A DNA stretch of 63,038 nt from Chara braunii (GCA_003427395.1 BFEA01000034.1:2065089-2128126), one strand, 5' to 3'. Numbered from the stretch's first letter, positions 37,140 to 50,008 are shown. Numbers and translations are program-made. The notes: generated by a model from the sequence alone, not told the origin.

Positions 37140-37755
37140 TATGTGACGCCCAAGGGGTTTCAATCTTGTGCAAGCTCCCACTTGCACCCATATCTCTCCA
37201 AGGTGCACGTGTCATTACCGTAGGATAAGAGTGTAGAAGTCATTCTGCTGACACGTCCTAATCCTTGCACCCATCTTTAGTGTTCCGAGGGAGGGGGGTA
37301 AGGGAGTCGGAATGCAGGTGCGAGGGGTGGGGGATGTTCTCTCGGGAGTGCGGGTAAGAAGCTTGCCATCCCTGCTACTGTCCTGGGAAGTTCGAGGTAC
37401 CTGATGATGCGGTGTATACGTGGGAAACGATGGCTGCCATAGGGAAGTGAAGCAAGGTAGTCAGGATTAGAGAGTGGAAAAGGTACGAAGTACGACCGCA
37501 CAAAATTGCTCGTGATCTGTACACACAGGGATAGCCCCTGTGATTGTGCAGTACACTTCGATCACATTGTGATCCCGCCATGAGGCGCTGAAAAGAATGA
37601 TGTGAAGGCAAAAGGAGGGAAAGACGCACTGAGCAGTGGGATGCAGGTACACTGTGGCGGCGAGGCGGATAGTGTAGAATTGGTAGAAGAGGGAGTAAGG
37701 GAAAGGATTCTGGGGAAATACGAGTCGGGTGTCGATTTGCCAGAGTGTAAGGTAA

Positions 37756-38603
37756 TCAAGGGGACGACGGGATAATGATCGGGGACGTAGCCCGATGCCC
37801 CGCATCGGCACGTGCTCGAACTGAGGGACGGCGGGAAGGGGAGGGGGAGCGGTTTCGTTGCCTCCGTGTCGGCGCGCTTGAAGCCTCTGCGGCGCAGCGC
37901 TCATCTTCCTTTGTCGCCGGCTCCGGATCTCTGGTCGGATCGTCTGGAATCGGCAAGGCAGTCCCCGCCACTTGCTCCAATGTCCGCTTTCCTTCCGCGA
38001 TTTCTGCCCGGCGTTGCTCGGCTTCAGCAAGGTCCTCTCCGTGTGTCCCCGCCTGTTCCGCCCCTTCTTCCTCGCTCTCGTCCTCCTCCTCTTCCTCTTC
38101 ACTTATCGCCCCTGACTCATGCTCACTGTGCTCGCTGTAATACTCGTCCTCTTCGGGGGTGTCTTCCGATTCGTCTCCCTCTTCCTCTTCTTCTTCTTCT
38201 TCCTCTTCTTCTTCTTCTTCCTCTTTTCCTTCTTCTTCTTCTGACGTCGGCTCCCCTCGATCCAAGAAAAGAAGATTAATTATCTCTGCGGGGTTTAGGT
38301 GGTTACCTTGTGACGGGTAACTACGGTTGTCCCAATCGCCGTCCAAGCACGCCGACCACTGTAGATACGGCAGCTGCTAGGAGGATTAAGAGTTCCCCCA
38401 CAATTAGCTATCGATGTCTTGGCTCCACCGATCCGAAAACGAATCCCAGTAAATCCCCTTCCACCCCCGTTCTCCACGCCTGAATAGTGAGCAACTCCAC
38501 GTCCTCGTTCGTGGCGGGGTGCTCGCTGTCTTTGGTCCAGTTCAGCCTGATCTCGACTAAACACAAAGATAGAGTCTCGGAAGTTTGCCACCACCCTTGC
38601 CAC
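37756..38603 (-). pseudogene. Acidic, poly-Glu ORF in the 3' internal region of element A
   Basis: ORFs 38295-38603 and 37756-38346, with a long E/D tract and an R/S/P-rich tail. Confidence 0.55.
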
Positions 38604-38702
38604 TGTTCGGGCTGATACGCGGATGATGAACTTTTCTGATCACCGAGATGTGTCCGCGTGGCGCTAACATCCGCTCATTGAGTACCTGTTCCGTGGAAAA
38701 AC

Positions 38703-39293
38703 TCATCGCGAAGAGGAGGGAGATGATGGAGGGGGAGAAGAATGAGACTGGGGGACGTCACTTTCCCACTCGGACTCCGATTCCGAGGGCGACCCAGTTG
38801 GAGAGGGAGGAGAAGAAACAGAGAGAGGGCGGAGATAGGACACGTGGCAGACTATGGGCCTAACTGACCGACTGCCTGCCACTTCAGGAGCAAGGTGCAT
38901 GGTGTTCACTCCGTTAGGTCCGAGCTCGATCACTCGAAAGCACCCGAAGAATCGTGGCGCTAGTTTCCCTTGACGACCACATTTCCTTACCTGCACCAAG
39001 TCCCCCAATTTATACTGGGTCGGGGGCCGGCATTCCCATTTCGGGCGACACAAGGGACATAACCAAGCCTTGTCCGCGTTCCAATACTGAATGCGGGCAC
39101 CATGGGCCCTAGAACCACAATGCCGACAATCTACCCATTCAACATATCCTTCCCCGCTAGGACGCATAGGGACTGAATAGACACTCGAGATCGCCTCACA
39201 AAAATAACAAAATTTGTGAGGCAAAGAGAAGAGAGATGAGGATGAGAGGGGAGAGAGGGGACTACCTGAATTACCTCCATCGCCCATTGTCAC
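38703..39293 (-). CDS. PHD-finger-like protein fused to a GPY/F-like (integrase C-terminal type) module
   Basis: CYFC...WVDCRHCGSRAHGAR...WLCPLC, with the Cys after His replaced by Arg, followed by YKLGDLVQV..KLAPRFFGCFRVIE. Confidence 0.65.
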   Translation of the reverse strand: MTMGDGGNSGSPLSPLSSSSLFSLPHKFCYFCEAISSVYSVPMRPSGEGYVEWVDCRHCGSRAHGARIQYWNADKAWLCPLCRPKWECRPPTQYKLGDLVQVRKCGRQGKLAPRFFGCFRVIELGPNGVNTMHLAPEVAGSRSVRPIVCHVSYLRPLSVSSPPSPTGSPSESESEWESDVPQSHSSPPPSSPSSSR

Positions 39294-39296
39294 GTG

Positions 39297-41236
39297 TCAC
39301 TTCTTAGCACGTGGAAGGATGGCCACCTGTCCGTACTGTGGCCCATTGACTGGTTCCGGTTCTTTCCACGGGATGATTTATTCTCCCTTAGTAACCTTGG
39401 TTGGTCGGTGCAGTCGTGTCAGCCCGTCCATGTTCCCGTGTTTTTCCGCCTTTCGATGGATGATGTCGAAATCGTACTCCTGTAGCCGCACTGCCCAGCG
39501 TCCAATCATGCCCGTGTAATTAGTGAGCATCTTGAGGGTCAACAGGGACTCATAATCTGTGACGAGGAGGAATCTTTGTCCATACAGATACAAATGGAAG
39601 TGTCGAATCCCCCACACCACGGCGTAGCATTCCCCTTGGGGCCCCGAGTCGTTTCTCCTTTCGTCTAGTACGGTCCGAGATGCGTACTCGATGACGTGCT
39701 CGCGGCCGATCGCTTCTCGGGGTCGGGCTGGATCAACACAAGGGTCGTGGCCAAGGCTTCCTTCAATATCGCAAAGGCCTGCTCGCACTCAGCATCCCAT
39801 CTCAACGGTTGGTCTTTTCGCAAGAGGTTCGTCAGAGGTCGTGCGATTGTCGTGAAACCCTTGAAAAATCGTCGGTAGTACGAGGCCAACCCCAAGAAGG
39901 CTCGAACTTGCGTTAGCGACGTGGGCGTCGGGGCGCCTCGAACTGTCGCGACCTTCCTCGAATCTGGTCGCAAACACCCTCGCGTCACCACGTACCCCAC
40001 GAACGAGATTTCCGACAGGAAAACCTCGCTCTTTTCCAGGGCGATCTTGAAGTCCGCGTCTCGTAGTGCTCCAAGTGTCCATTCGATGTGTTGCGCATGT
40101 CCGTGAAACGATTCCGAATACACCAGGATGCCGTCCATGTACATGATGACACATAAGTTCACCATTCCCTGCGTTAGCCGAGTCTTGTTAACAAAATTTT
40201 GAAAGGTCAAGTTCATTGCCCTTTGAAACGTAGCCAGAGCGTTGCAAATGCCCATAGGACATCGAACCCACTGCCACGTGCCTTAGAATAACACGAACGT
40301 CGTTGTCGGACGATCCTCTTCCTTCACCAATATGTGGTGGAACCCGTGGTAGATATCGAATTTACTAACGTAGTTAGCACACCCAATCACATCCAACAAA
40401 TCATCAATCCCTGGGAGGGAATATACATCTTTGATCGTGATGTCATTCAACTTCCGATAATCGATGAAAATGCGAATGGATCCGATCTTTTTAAGGACTA
40501 AAACCACGGGAAAGGAACACAGCCCGGTAGTGGGTTCGATCCAACCATTGGCCTCAAATTCTCTGATACTCTCTAGGGCGGTTCGTCTTTCGACCAACGA
40601 GTATCGGTATGGCTTACAATGAATCGGCGGGTGGGCACCAGTCTGGATCTCATGTTGTATGACCATGGATAGTCCTATGTCCGTGTCCTCTGTATTAATC
40701 GCCCTCTGATATTCGGTTAGGATGTCTGCGATGAGTCTATGTATCTCGTTCGACACATAGTCCGCCACATGCAGTTCGTAGTGGCAGTCTCGTATCACCA
40801 CCAGTAGTTGTTTGGTCCTGACCACGTGGGTCTTTCTCGTGGGTGGAGATGATATGAAGGAATGGTCGGAACACCAGGAGAAGATCGTGGCAACCATTTG
40901 AGGTTCCTCTTCTCTGACTGCCACATGTTTCTCCAGGGTGATGCCATCCTCAATATCTTGAAGGTCCACGGCCTTCTTCTCGATTTTTAGCCCAATATCG
41001 AACGGGGCAAGGTCGTACAGCCCAGGGGGTTCCGAAGTCCAGTTTTCAACGCCCCTCTGTAGCAGTCGGATTTCTTTTCCTTTGGTGAGCAACGAACTGG
41101 GAGGGATTTCTGAGAGATCGCAGAAGGACCTCTTATCCTGGTATCTGGGTAACAATGGGGTGGTCGCCTCGTACATAGTTTGAGGGGGTTCCCAAGAATC
41201 CGTCAACTGAGATATCTGGATAAGTGGTTCTCCCAT
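39297..41236 (-). pseudogene. pol: RT-RNase H of element A (frameshifts, internal RH deletion, no integrase core)
   Basis: IDYRKLNDIT, MPMGICNALATFQRAM, YMDG (for YMDD), AFLGLASYYRRF, ECYAVVWGIRHF and HGNMDGLTRL. Confidence 0.9.
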
Positions 41237-41456
41237 GATCAGCGCTCGGGTTCATTGCGCATCCCTTGTGAAAACGAAAGTTTTCGCGGTTTTCTGTCGA
41301 AGTGGGTAGCGGATTCTTTGTCGTGTTAGCTCGAGAATTTGAGGATCTGCATCGTCCTCACTCTCGAAGGTGGACGACGGTAATGTCGGATTCGACGTCG
41401 GATTCGTCCGTGGACTCCTCCCACCTTATCATTCGTAGGATTTCGCAGGGTCCCGG

Positions 41457-42248
41457 TCATTGTCGCTCAGACATCGAGGTTGTTCGGAGGGTGAGGCGCA
41501 TTGGGACGGTGTATGGCTTTCCTCCGGTGTTGTTGAGGATAATTGCTTGTCGTTCGAAATCCGGCGTGGCCTGTAAGGCTATGAGGGCTGGTAATCCGAC
41601 GAGGACATCGTATGTGGTCACGTTTAGGACCACTACGTCGCCTAAGGCGTGGACTTTACGTATTTGAAAAGCGACGTTGGACATCCTTCCTGCAACTTGA
41701 ATCTTACCTTCGTCGGCGGAAATGAAGTGATCGCCCTCCGCGAGAGGAATCACGTCTTTCCGCCGACCAGCCCGCTCGGCCACCCGTAGTGATATGGCCA
41801 GGACCGCGGCTCCGGAGTCAAGAACTGCACTATAGGGGTTTCCCCAGACTTCCACGTCACATTCCACGGATCTCCATGGCAGGGCTTTGATCCGTAGGAA
41901 GTGGTCGTCTTTCCGAATTAGACCCATCCGGACGGGTTCGGAGTTGTTTGGCTCCTCTGGCTTCGGATCTCTAACGAGAGCCTTTCCTTTTACGGTTGCC
42001 AATTTGGCGAGGGCAAATCGCTTCCGGTTTGCTTTGGAGTGTTGTAGCATCCGGTCGTTAGCCTGTTCAGAGATGGTTGGCAGGTGTCCAATGGGCAAGG
42101 GGATGTGGTGATCCAAGGCACGGACTATATCTAACACATCAATCTTTCCTGCAGCGAACGCGGCTCCTTCGGATTCCATTTCCCTTGGGGAGGGTCTCCA
42201 TTTTGAAACTTCGTTATCGTCAAGGGCAGGTTGGATGGCCCCTATCAT
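41457..42248 (-). pseudogene. Aspartic protease of element A
   Basis: AVLDSGAAVL and DVLVGLPAL. Confidence 0.85.
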
Positions 42249-42260
42249 GTCGAGGGCTGG

Positions 42261-43424
42261 TTATCCCAACGATATGTACTGGTCAAGCGGGATAAGCTTC
42301 GCCGCTTTCTCCGTGACTCCCGACAGGCTTGCCCCGTTGTCGGTTTCCTTTACCATTGTGGCCACCCGGCCAGGTTCGTCAGCAATTGGTGCCGCAACTA
42401 CTGGCGCGATTCTTGTTTGCGTGAGACGATGGGGACAGTCCTGGGCTATGTGCCCGGGCTGATGACACGTGTAACAAACACTTACGTTAGCTGCCGCGGT
42501 GCCCCCTACCGGAGCGGGGGCTGCGCCTGGCATCATTGGTGCTGCTCTGACGGCGATAGGGCGCATCGATCTCATCAATGATTCGATCCGAGCGTTGTGC
42601 TCGTGTTGTTCCTTCTTACTTTCTTGCATTAGGCTAACCACTGCTCTAGTTAGTTCTAGGATCGCGTTTGACTCATTGGACCTTGCAGGGGCTTCTTGAG
42701 TAGGCGGAGGCATAGCCACAATCAGTAACCTTGAGGGCGCGTCATGTACCAGTCTCTTGGCTGCGACCTGTTCTAGGTAGGTGACCGGACCGGAGACGAA
42801 ACCCATAGTTTCAAATTTGTTCTGGAGCGCGGCCATCTCCGAAGAGTCTCCATCTTTTGCGTGATCTTCACCTTCCAGGAAGCTAGCAGCGAATTTCCGT
42901 TCCATTTCTTCTGCCTCATCCATAATTTGTTGCATCGTGTGGTTGATGGGGGAAAACTGCTTCCGTAATTTCGCACGCATTGCCCGACTCCGAAGCCCAT
43001 CGATGAATAAATCCCTCCCAACCTTCTCGTCCCTTTCAGATTTGACAAACAGTCTATAAAATCTACTACGATATTCTGTGACAGATTCGAGGGGCTTCTG
43101 AACTCGGTCCTTGATCATAAAGAAAGCCTATTCGGGGTGGATATAATCGAACCTGTTCAAGAAGTCCCTTTCAAAGGTTGGAAGATCTATCCAAGCGTAC
43201 GTGCTAAACCAGTGATGCGCATCCCCTCCTAGTCGGGCGGGGATGTTGATCCGAACTTCATCGTTATCATATTGTTGTGCACGTAAGGTAGCTAACCATA
43301 CCCCAGCCAGATGGTGTGCCGCGTCGAAGAGAAACAAATCGGGTGGAGCCGTAGGTGCGCGAGCTTGAACGGGTGGCGCGGGAACAGGGGCCCCGCCTAG
43401 CTGTACGTTGACATTTTGCGCCTC
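42261..43424 (-). pseudogene. gag: Gag of element A (N-terminus detached)
   Basis: LGGDAHHWF..FERDFLNRF, QKPLESVTEY..F, and zinc knuckle CYTCHQPGHIAQDC. Confidence 0.88.
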
Positions 43425-44514
43425 CCAATAACCATACCGCACCTGACCCGAACCAGCGTACCGTGGTGTGCCCAAACCTGTGTACCATATCTGTTTCAAC
43501 CCAGCGTCCCGGCCTGTACCGAGCCGCCGTACCACTAGTACAGAGCACCGTACCGTGTCGATGCGCTGTGATAGTATCGAACCTGCCCCGAACCAGAGTG
43601 ACATGCTCATCCCAAACCGACGTCCATACCACCATAATAGAGTCATGCGGCCACCTTGTAGAAGTACCAATGGCAGCACCAAACCGAGAATGTTGCCGTA
43701 AACCCAAAACCCCCACCTCGCTGATCCATCCGCCGTCACCAAAGTCTGTGGAACAGGGACCTCACTTACCCAAAAGGAATACTCTAGTTGATAGGGAGGG
43801 TAATAATCAAGAATATCGGGTAATATCAGGAAAGTCAAGAAAACCAGGAAAATCAGGGAAAGTTGGCGGAACATAGGAAAATTAGCAAGAATCGGATCAA
43901 ACCAATGAAAGGGATTAAATGGGTATTTTTGACAAAAATCCATGAGAATGGAATTTCATAGACTCGAATTAAATTTAAAAAAAAATCGTTAGTTTTGTTT
44001 CTTTTTACCATTTTTAATTCTTTTCCTTATTTTTAACCCTGTCACAGGAATCGATGAAATTCGCGGATAATTTCATCAAAGAAAATTTTGACGAAATTTA
44101 ATAAAATAACGAATATTCATTTACTTTCTTTCCTTTTATTATTTTTAATTCCTTTTCTCAATTTTAAATTTGTCAGTAGAGTTAATGAAATTTTGAGGGT
44201 TCATTCCCTCACCAATTGGCTAGTGTAAAAGGGCCGCGTTGAGCCCTAGCACCACGTCCCAACTCCGCGGCCGACCGGGTCGCGAACTACCTCGAATCGA
44301 AGGAAAAAGGGTAGGCACTACCACACCTGTTCATCACTTTAATTTCAAGAGTCAGTTTCAATAGTCGACATAGAGAATATCAGGGGTCTCTTCCCGACCC
44401 CTAATTTTTTCCGACAATTCGGACGAAAGTCCCGGTCAATCCCTCTCTAGGCAGACAATCTAAGGGTTAATCCATCGGATTTCGGGTGGCCGACTGACCT
44501 TCGGGCGCCCGACA
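43423..44514 (-). mobile_element. LTR B, first ~1.1 kb only
   Basis: Reverse complement of 29035-30137. Starts TGTCGG at 44514 and is preceded on the minus strand by ACGA. Confidence 0.88.
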
Positions 44515-47175
44515 TCGTGACACGCCAACATTTTCAGATGCTAGAGAAACCCTTACGAAGTACAACCATGTTCTCCCAGGCAACACAGACATCGATGATC
44601 TTCATCTTACCATGTACAAAAAAGAAAGGGTGAGTGGACACAAATGGGGAGCCCTTTTACAACCTGCTCAGTCAATCCTCTGTAACCCAGAGTAATCAAT
44701 GCTGGCAGGAGTTTTTTAGTTTCTGTTTTTTCTTATGCTATTGAAGGTTTCTGTATCATGTGTACATAAGGGACACTGGACCCGTTTTCCAGCAGGTGAT
44801 TCTCCCCACCAATAGATGGAGCCTCTCCCCAGGTGATAGAGGTGGCTGCTCTCATCAACACCGGTAGCACTAAAGGGAGTTCGTTTAAATTGAAAAAGAA
44901 AAAAGGAAAAAAAAAAGGAGTGGTTGGAGGCGAGCCCCGAGTTCCTTGCCCCCAACGACGACTCTCGCATAGCCTGTCTGGACGTCCCGTTGGGAACGCT
45001 GCCGAATTTCCTGGATGTCTGGGTCTTCAAGAAGAATGGACAGAAGGCCACAGTCTTCCTCTCCACGAAAATCAATCCATCTTGGTTCTGTTGAAGGCGA
45101 AAAGCCCACCTGGGCACATACCCGTTATGCCCAGCAAACACCGCAGCCCCCCAAAAACCGCCTGCTGCCCCAAACTCAACTTGTGGAGTGCCAGGGAGCC
45201 AAGGGGATATGGTTCATTAACCACCCGACTTATCGCAGCTGGGTGTTTGATGATAATCTACAGAAACCAGATGGATTTGGACGCTGCGATCCAAGCCAAC
45301 CATCAAACCCCAGCTCTACCCCCCAGATGACAGCACGTGGAGGGCAACTGGGGCACGCAGGATGGAAGAGACAGGGATCGGCTCCCTAAGACACAACATA
45401 ATTAACGAGGAACTGATCGAGGAAGAAAAAAATGGGCTAGATGATATAGATGATCTTTGCAAATTGGGGGAACAGTTAGAAAGATCACAGCAAGAAACCC
45501 GGCCACAAAAACCCACAACCGCGGTCACACCCCCTGCCAGGGAACAACCAGCTGGCCCCTCCAACATCAATCACACATCCCTCGGCCACAAAACGCACCA
45601 GCAGCCATAGGAGAAAGAGACCACGATGGGGAAGAAGAGGTTGCCGATAACCTGGAAGAAACTGTGGACGGACCGGCGGACAGGGAATGGCTGGAAAATG
45701 GCGTCGCCTAACTTGAAAGAGTGAGTGAAGTTGCACATGGCACACTGCAGGCAATAGTGTAACTTGGCCAAGGCAACATCCACCGCAACTGTTCCTGCGA
45801 GACTCACCTCTGAGAACCGCTACGACATCCTTCGTAAAGAACACGCGCTATCAGAATTTTATGCGGAACAATATAACATGAAAACCAAAATCGAAGGAGA
45901 TAAGTTGAAGATTGACATTGCAATATATGACCAGCAATTCCAGTGGCCCCAGCTCTGTGGTTCACACAAAGACATGAAATCTGCAGCCAAAAGGGCCAGG
46001 AAAATGCAGCACACCGGGCACCCCCCGGAGGAGCAACCAGAAAACTGCACGCAGACGCAGGGAGCGACCGCCTCACTACGCCGCAGAAAACAGGTATTGT
46101 AAGCACAAGTGGCTGTCCTCAAGTAGAAGAATGCCCAGGCAGAGAAAACCTGTATCACCACCCAGAAAATAGCAAACGAAGCTTCGCCGGACTTTGAAGC
46201 CGCTGCGGGCCTTGCAGCCCACAAAGAGACTGGCAAGAGGGTGGTGATTCAATTCAGATGGAACGCCAAGGTTGCAGGCTGGGAAGTGGTTGTCCGGTCA
46301 TCAGGGGAGTTCCTAATCACGACCCAGCCTGACACCGAGAACGGTGAGCTAAGAAAAATGTTAAGGGCACTAATCGATGGCCCTATAATCCAGGTCGATG
46401 CCAAGGACAGAAACACAAAAGAATGGGAGGATCGCCAGGGTCACATACACCACGAGGACATGCGACCCATTCTGGTCCCGCTGAACGAGGACAGCAAACT
46501 ACTCCCCGACCTCATCTGGCTCTCGTGGCAAGTGGTAGAAGCCATGCCATACGGACTGCTGGGACAACGGGTATTAGTGGAGAGTGCCGCAATGGCGGCG
46601 TTACTGATCTCCTCGTATAGGTTGTTTCTCTCGGACAGCGAAGGGTACCAACGCAAGGTGCAAACATTGATGGACAGGAAGGAGATCCTCTCTCTGCCTA
46701 CCTAAACCAGCCATCACCGGCCCGAGGGGAGTGGATGAGATAGATGTCGATGCAACCCGGCATGACAACTCTGCCTTGTCGAGATTTGAGGATAGTCTCA
46801 TGGAACATCAATGTTATGGCAACGCTCCTCGATAACACAGATAAATGGAACAATATCTTAAAGCACCTAGACTGGTTTGGGCCTCAGACTCCCGACATTT
46901 TGTGTCTTCAAGAGATGCACCTTACAGCAACACACGAGCACCAACTCGCTCAAACAGAAATAATCAGATGTTTAAAGTGCGTCGGTGCTTCATACTCGGC
47001 ACCGGCTCCCCGCCCTGGGACAGTAGGCGCACCCATCATCTACAACGAAAACAAACAAATGATAAAGAATATAGTCGTCCAACAGTCACGGCTGGACCCC
47101 GGCTTTGGACGCTGCCCTCATTGTGGCGGACCCACCAGGTGTGGTGCTCCGCCTGGCCTAGAACTGACCCGTTAG
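44515..47175 (+). mobile_element. Decayed LINE: ORF1 remnants plus N-terminal apurinic endonuclease fragment of ORF2
   Basis: 46744-47175 contains LRIVSWNIN and PDILCLQEMH (APE motifs). It is truncated afterwards. Confidence 0.75.
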
Positions 47176-49247
47176 ATATTCAGATCGAACTTTCAGAAGG
47201 CTGTCTATTTCCGCTTTAGTTCCCAGAACATGTTATTCCTCTAACCTCTACGATCAAAGTACCAATCAAAGCATGTCACTACCAATTACATTCTATTTTA
47301 CTCAACATATGACTGAACATCAGATAGTATGAAGTTATAAAAGACTGATAATGAATATGGAGGTATTACCGCTGGGAACCCTTCCCCCTTTCACAAGTGC
47401 TGAGTGTCCAAAACTCTTCAACAGATCAGGTCCAGTTCAATCCATGAATAAAACAGACATGCACAGAATAATGCAAAGACAATCCCACATGCCATGCACT
47501 AACGACGTCAACCATCAACCATTAACATTGTCCCTCACTCCCCAAACCATGTATGACAACTCTATCTTTCATGAGACTTAAGCCCAATCCCCTCACCTTT
47601 CTTCAAAGGACCCTTGAGAGTGACCAAGACCATTTAGGCAATGACCACAAGTGACAGTTTTACTGACCACAGGGTTTGCCTTTAGATGTGGGTATCAAGT
47701 CAAAGTGGAAAAAGTTGAATCGGCAACGACTGACCTGTTATCGAGAGGTAACAAAAAAATTGAGTCCTCTTTGTAGGAATTCTCCTTCAATTGCTGTAGA
47801 TCAAAGCAGGGACCTGCACACACACAGGTCAAAAAAGATTCAACACTCCCTACTCAATTTCTCACATATTGACATCTAAGGGTGAAACCCTTAGATCTTG
47901 TTTGTGAGTTTTTTGGGATCAACATCCCAAAGTCTAACCCTTACTTTCTATCTACCCTAGGTCGTTTGTCACCCCTTCTCCTTTCGTTTCAATGAGTCTC
48001 TTTGCCTATGTCCTAAGTTGTCTTAGGGAAACTCACATTTCCCGTACTCTCAGTTCTTGCATTTTCTGTCATGCGGATAAACACACCCTTTGATGCTTAC
48101 GCCGTAGTCTAGCTGAGATTAATTCCAGTCATTGGCGGTTTCTCCCTTAAGAGTCTATCAATAAACTGAGGCTACGCGAAACTTTGTCTTTTCTTACCCT
48201 CTTCCCCGCAGTATTCGCATTATTTTCCGCTCGTTTTTAAAGGACCTTTGGAGTCGCTCCCGATGAAGCACTCCCTTTTTCCCTTCCTCTTCTTCTTGTC
48301 CTAACATACGCAAGTAGTGGCTGATTCACCCGGGAATCTTCCACTACTTAATCAATTTCAAACAATTTGTTAGCCAGAAGAGTAATCGAGTCGCCCCACG
48401 GGAGCACTCAGTCACCCCTCAAAGTCCACACAGTCCTCATGGAACGAAGCAGTTCATACATTCTACTGCAAGCGATCGGATAACTCACCCAGGAGTATCC
48501 TTTTATTAGTTAAGCAGGTAGTTAGGAGGTCTATGTTGAACCGTCTCAACACTTGACCCAACATTCAGAAAAACACTCCAGACCCAGGTGTGAGTACAAA
48601 AGTCTAGTTAGTAATAGGGGGTCTTCACGGAAGTCCCCTATCACTCTTTGGTCAAAGTTCAGTCTTTCCTAAAAAATGTGTAATAGGAAGACCCTACGGG
48701 AGTTCCCCTACTACTTTCTCATAGTCAGACGAGCTAGGATTATGTTAGCGGACTCAAGCAAACACCAGGTCTTCCCTTTGCTGGAGTATTTTATTAAACA
48801 TGTCAAGGATGACCCTACGGGAGTCTCCTGTAACCTGGCTTAATGTTAAATAGATAGGCCGTCAGTACTTATTTATATCATCCATTAGTCATACATGAAC
48901 AAGTAGTTGGGTTACTCGCCCGGGAGTATCCCTCTACTGTCCAAAACACGATCGCCTCATTCCTTCCCCCCGTCAGTTGACCCCCAAATCAAGCAAGTAT
49001 TAGGATAAACCTCTCGGGAACCATCCTACTACTAGTTTGATCTGTAGGAGATCAATCAAAACAACTCTTGGTCGAGTTTCCCTTACAGTTCACCTACCTT
49101 GCCTATGCATCGTAAATGAGCAAAAGATATTTTGATTCCCACGGGAAGTCGGACAGATCTACCCAGACTTAGAAGTTCGCGTACTTACCCGGGAGCCCTA
49201 CGAAAGCCTCCAACTACCTTTAGTTTTGGTTAGTTGTTGATGACATA

Positions 49248-50008
49248 TACCCCACGGGAGTACCGGATCATTTTGCTTTCATTAATAATTGAAGAACTGT
49301 ACCCCACGGGAGTACTGGATCACTTGCTTTCGTTAATAATTGAAGAAGTGTACCCCACAGGAGTACCGGATCACTTGCCTTCGTTAATAATTNNNNNNNN
49401 NNNNNNNNNNNNNNNNNNNNNNNNNNNNNNNNNNNNNNNNNNNNNNNNNNNNNNNNNNNNNNNNNNNNNNNNNNNNNNNNNNNNNNNNNNNNNNNNNNNN
49501 NNNNNNNNNNNNNNNNNNNNNNNNNNNNNNNNNNNNNNNNNNNNNNNNNNNNNNNNNNNNNNNNNNNNNNNNNNNNNNNNNNNNNNNNNNNNNNNNNNNN
49601 NNNNNNNNNNNNNNNNNNNNNNNNNNNNNNNNNNNNNNNNNNNNNNNNNNNNNNNNNNNNNNNNNNNNNNNNNNNNNNNNNNNNNNNNNNNNNNNNNNNN
49701 NNNNNNNNNNNNNNNNNNNNNNNNNNNNNNNNNNNNNNNNNNNNNNNNNNNNNNNNNNNNNNNNNNNNNNNNNNNNNNNNNNNNNNNNNNNNNNNNNNNN
49801 NNNNNNNNNNNNNNNNNNNNNNNNNNNNNNNNNNNNNNNNNNNNNNNNNNNNNNNNNNNNNNNNNNNNNNNNNNNNNNNNNNNNNNNNNNNNNNNNNNNN
49901 NNNNNNNNNNNNTAATTGAAGAAGTGTACCCCACGGGAGTACCAGATCACTTGCTTTCGTTAATAATTGAAGAAGTGTACCCCACGGGAGTACCGGATCA
50001 CTTGCTTG
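49248..50008. repeat. 51-bp tandem repeat (cccacgggagtaccggatcacttgctttcgttaataattgaagaagtgtac) spanning an N gap
   Basis: About 3 copies left and about 2 right of the gap at 49393-49912. Confidence 0.9.

Noticed and set aside
37142-43424. DIRS/Ngaro element
   Set aside because: No tyrosine recombinase was recognised. The element has a protease, a tRNA PBS and a target duplication.
43128-43943. 271-aa ORF as a novel gene
   Set aside because: It is a chance fusion of LTR B sequence to the detached gag at 43423.
48320-50008. CRISPR array
   Set aside because: The motifs are short and degenerate with irregular spacing, the 51-bp units have no unique spacers, there are no cas genes, and the context is eukaryotic.
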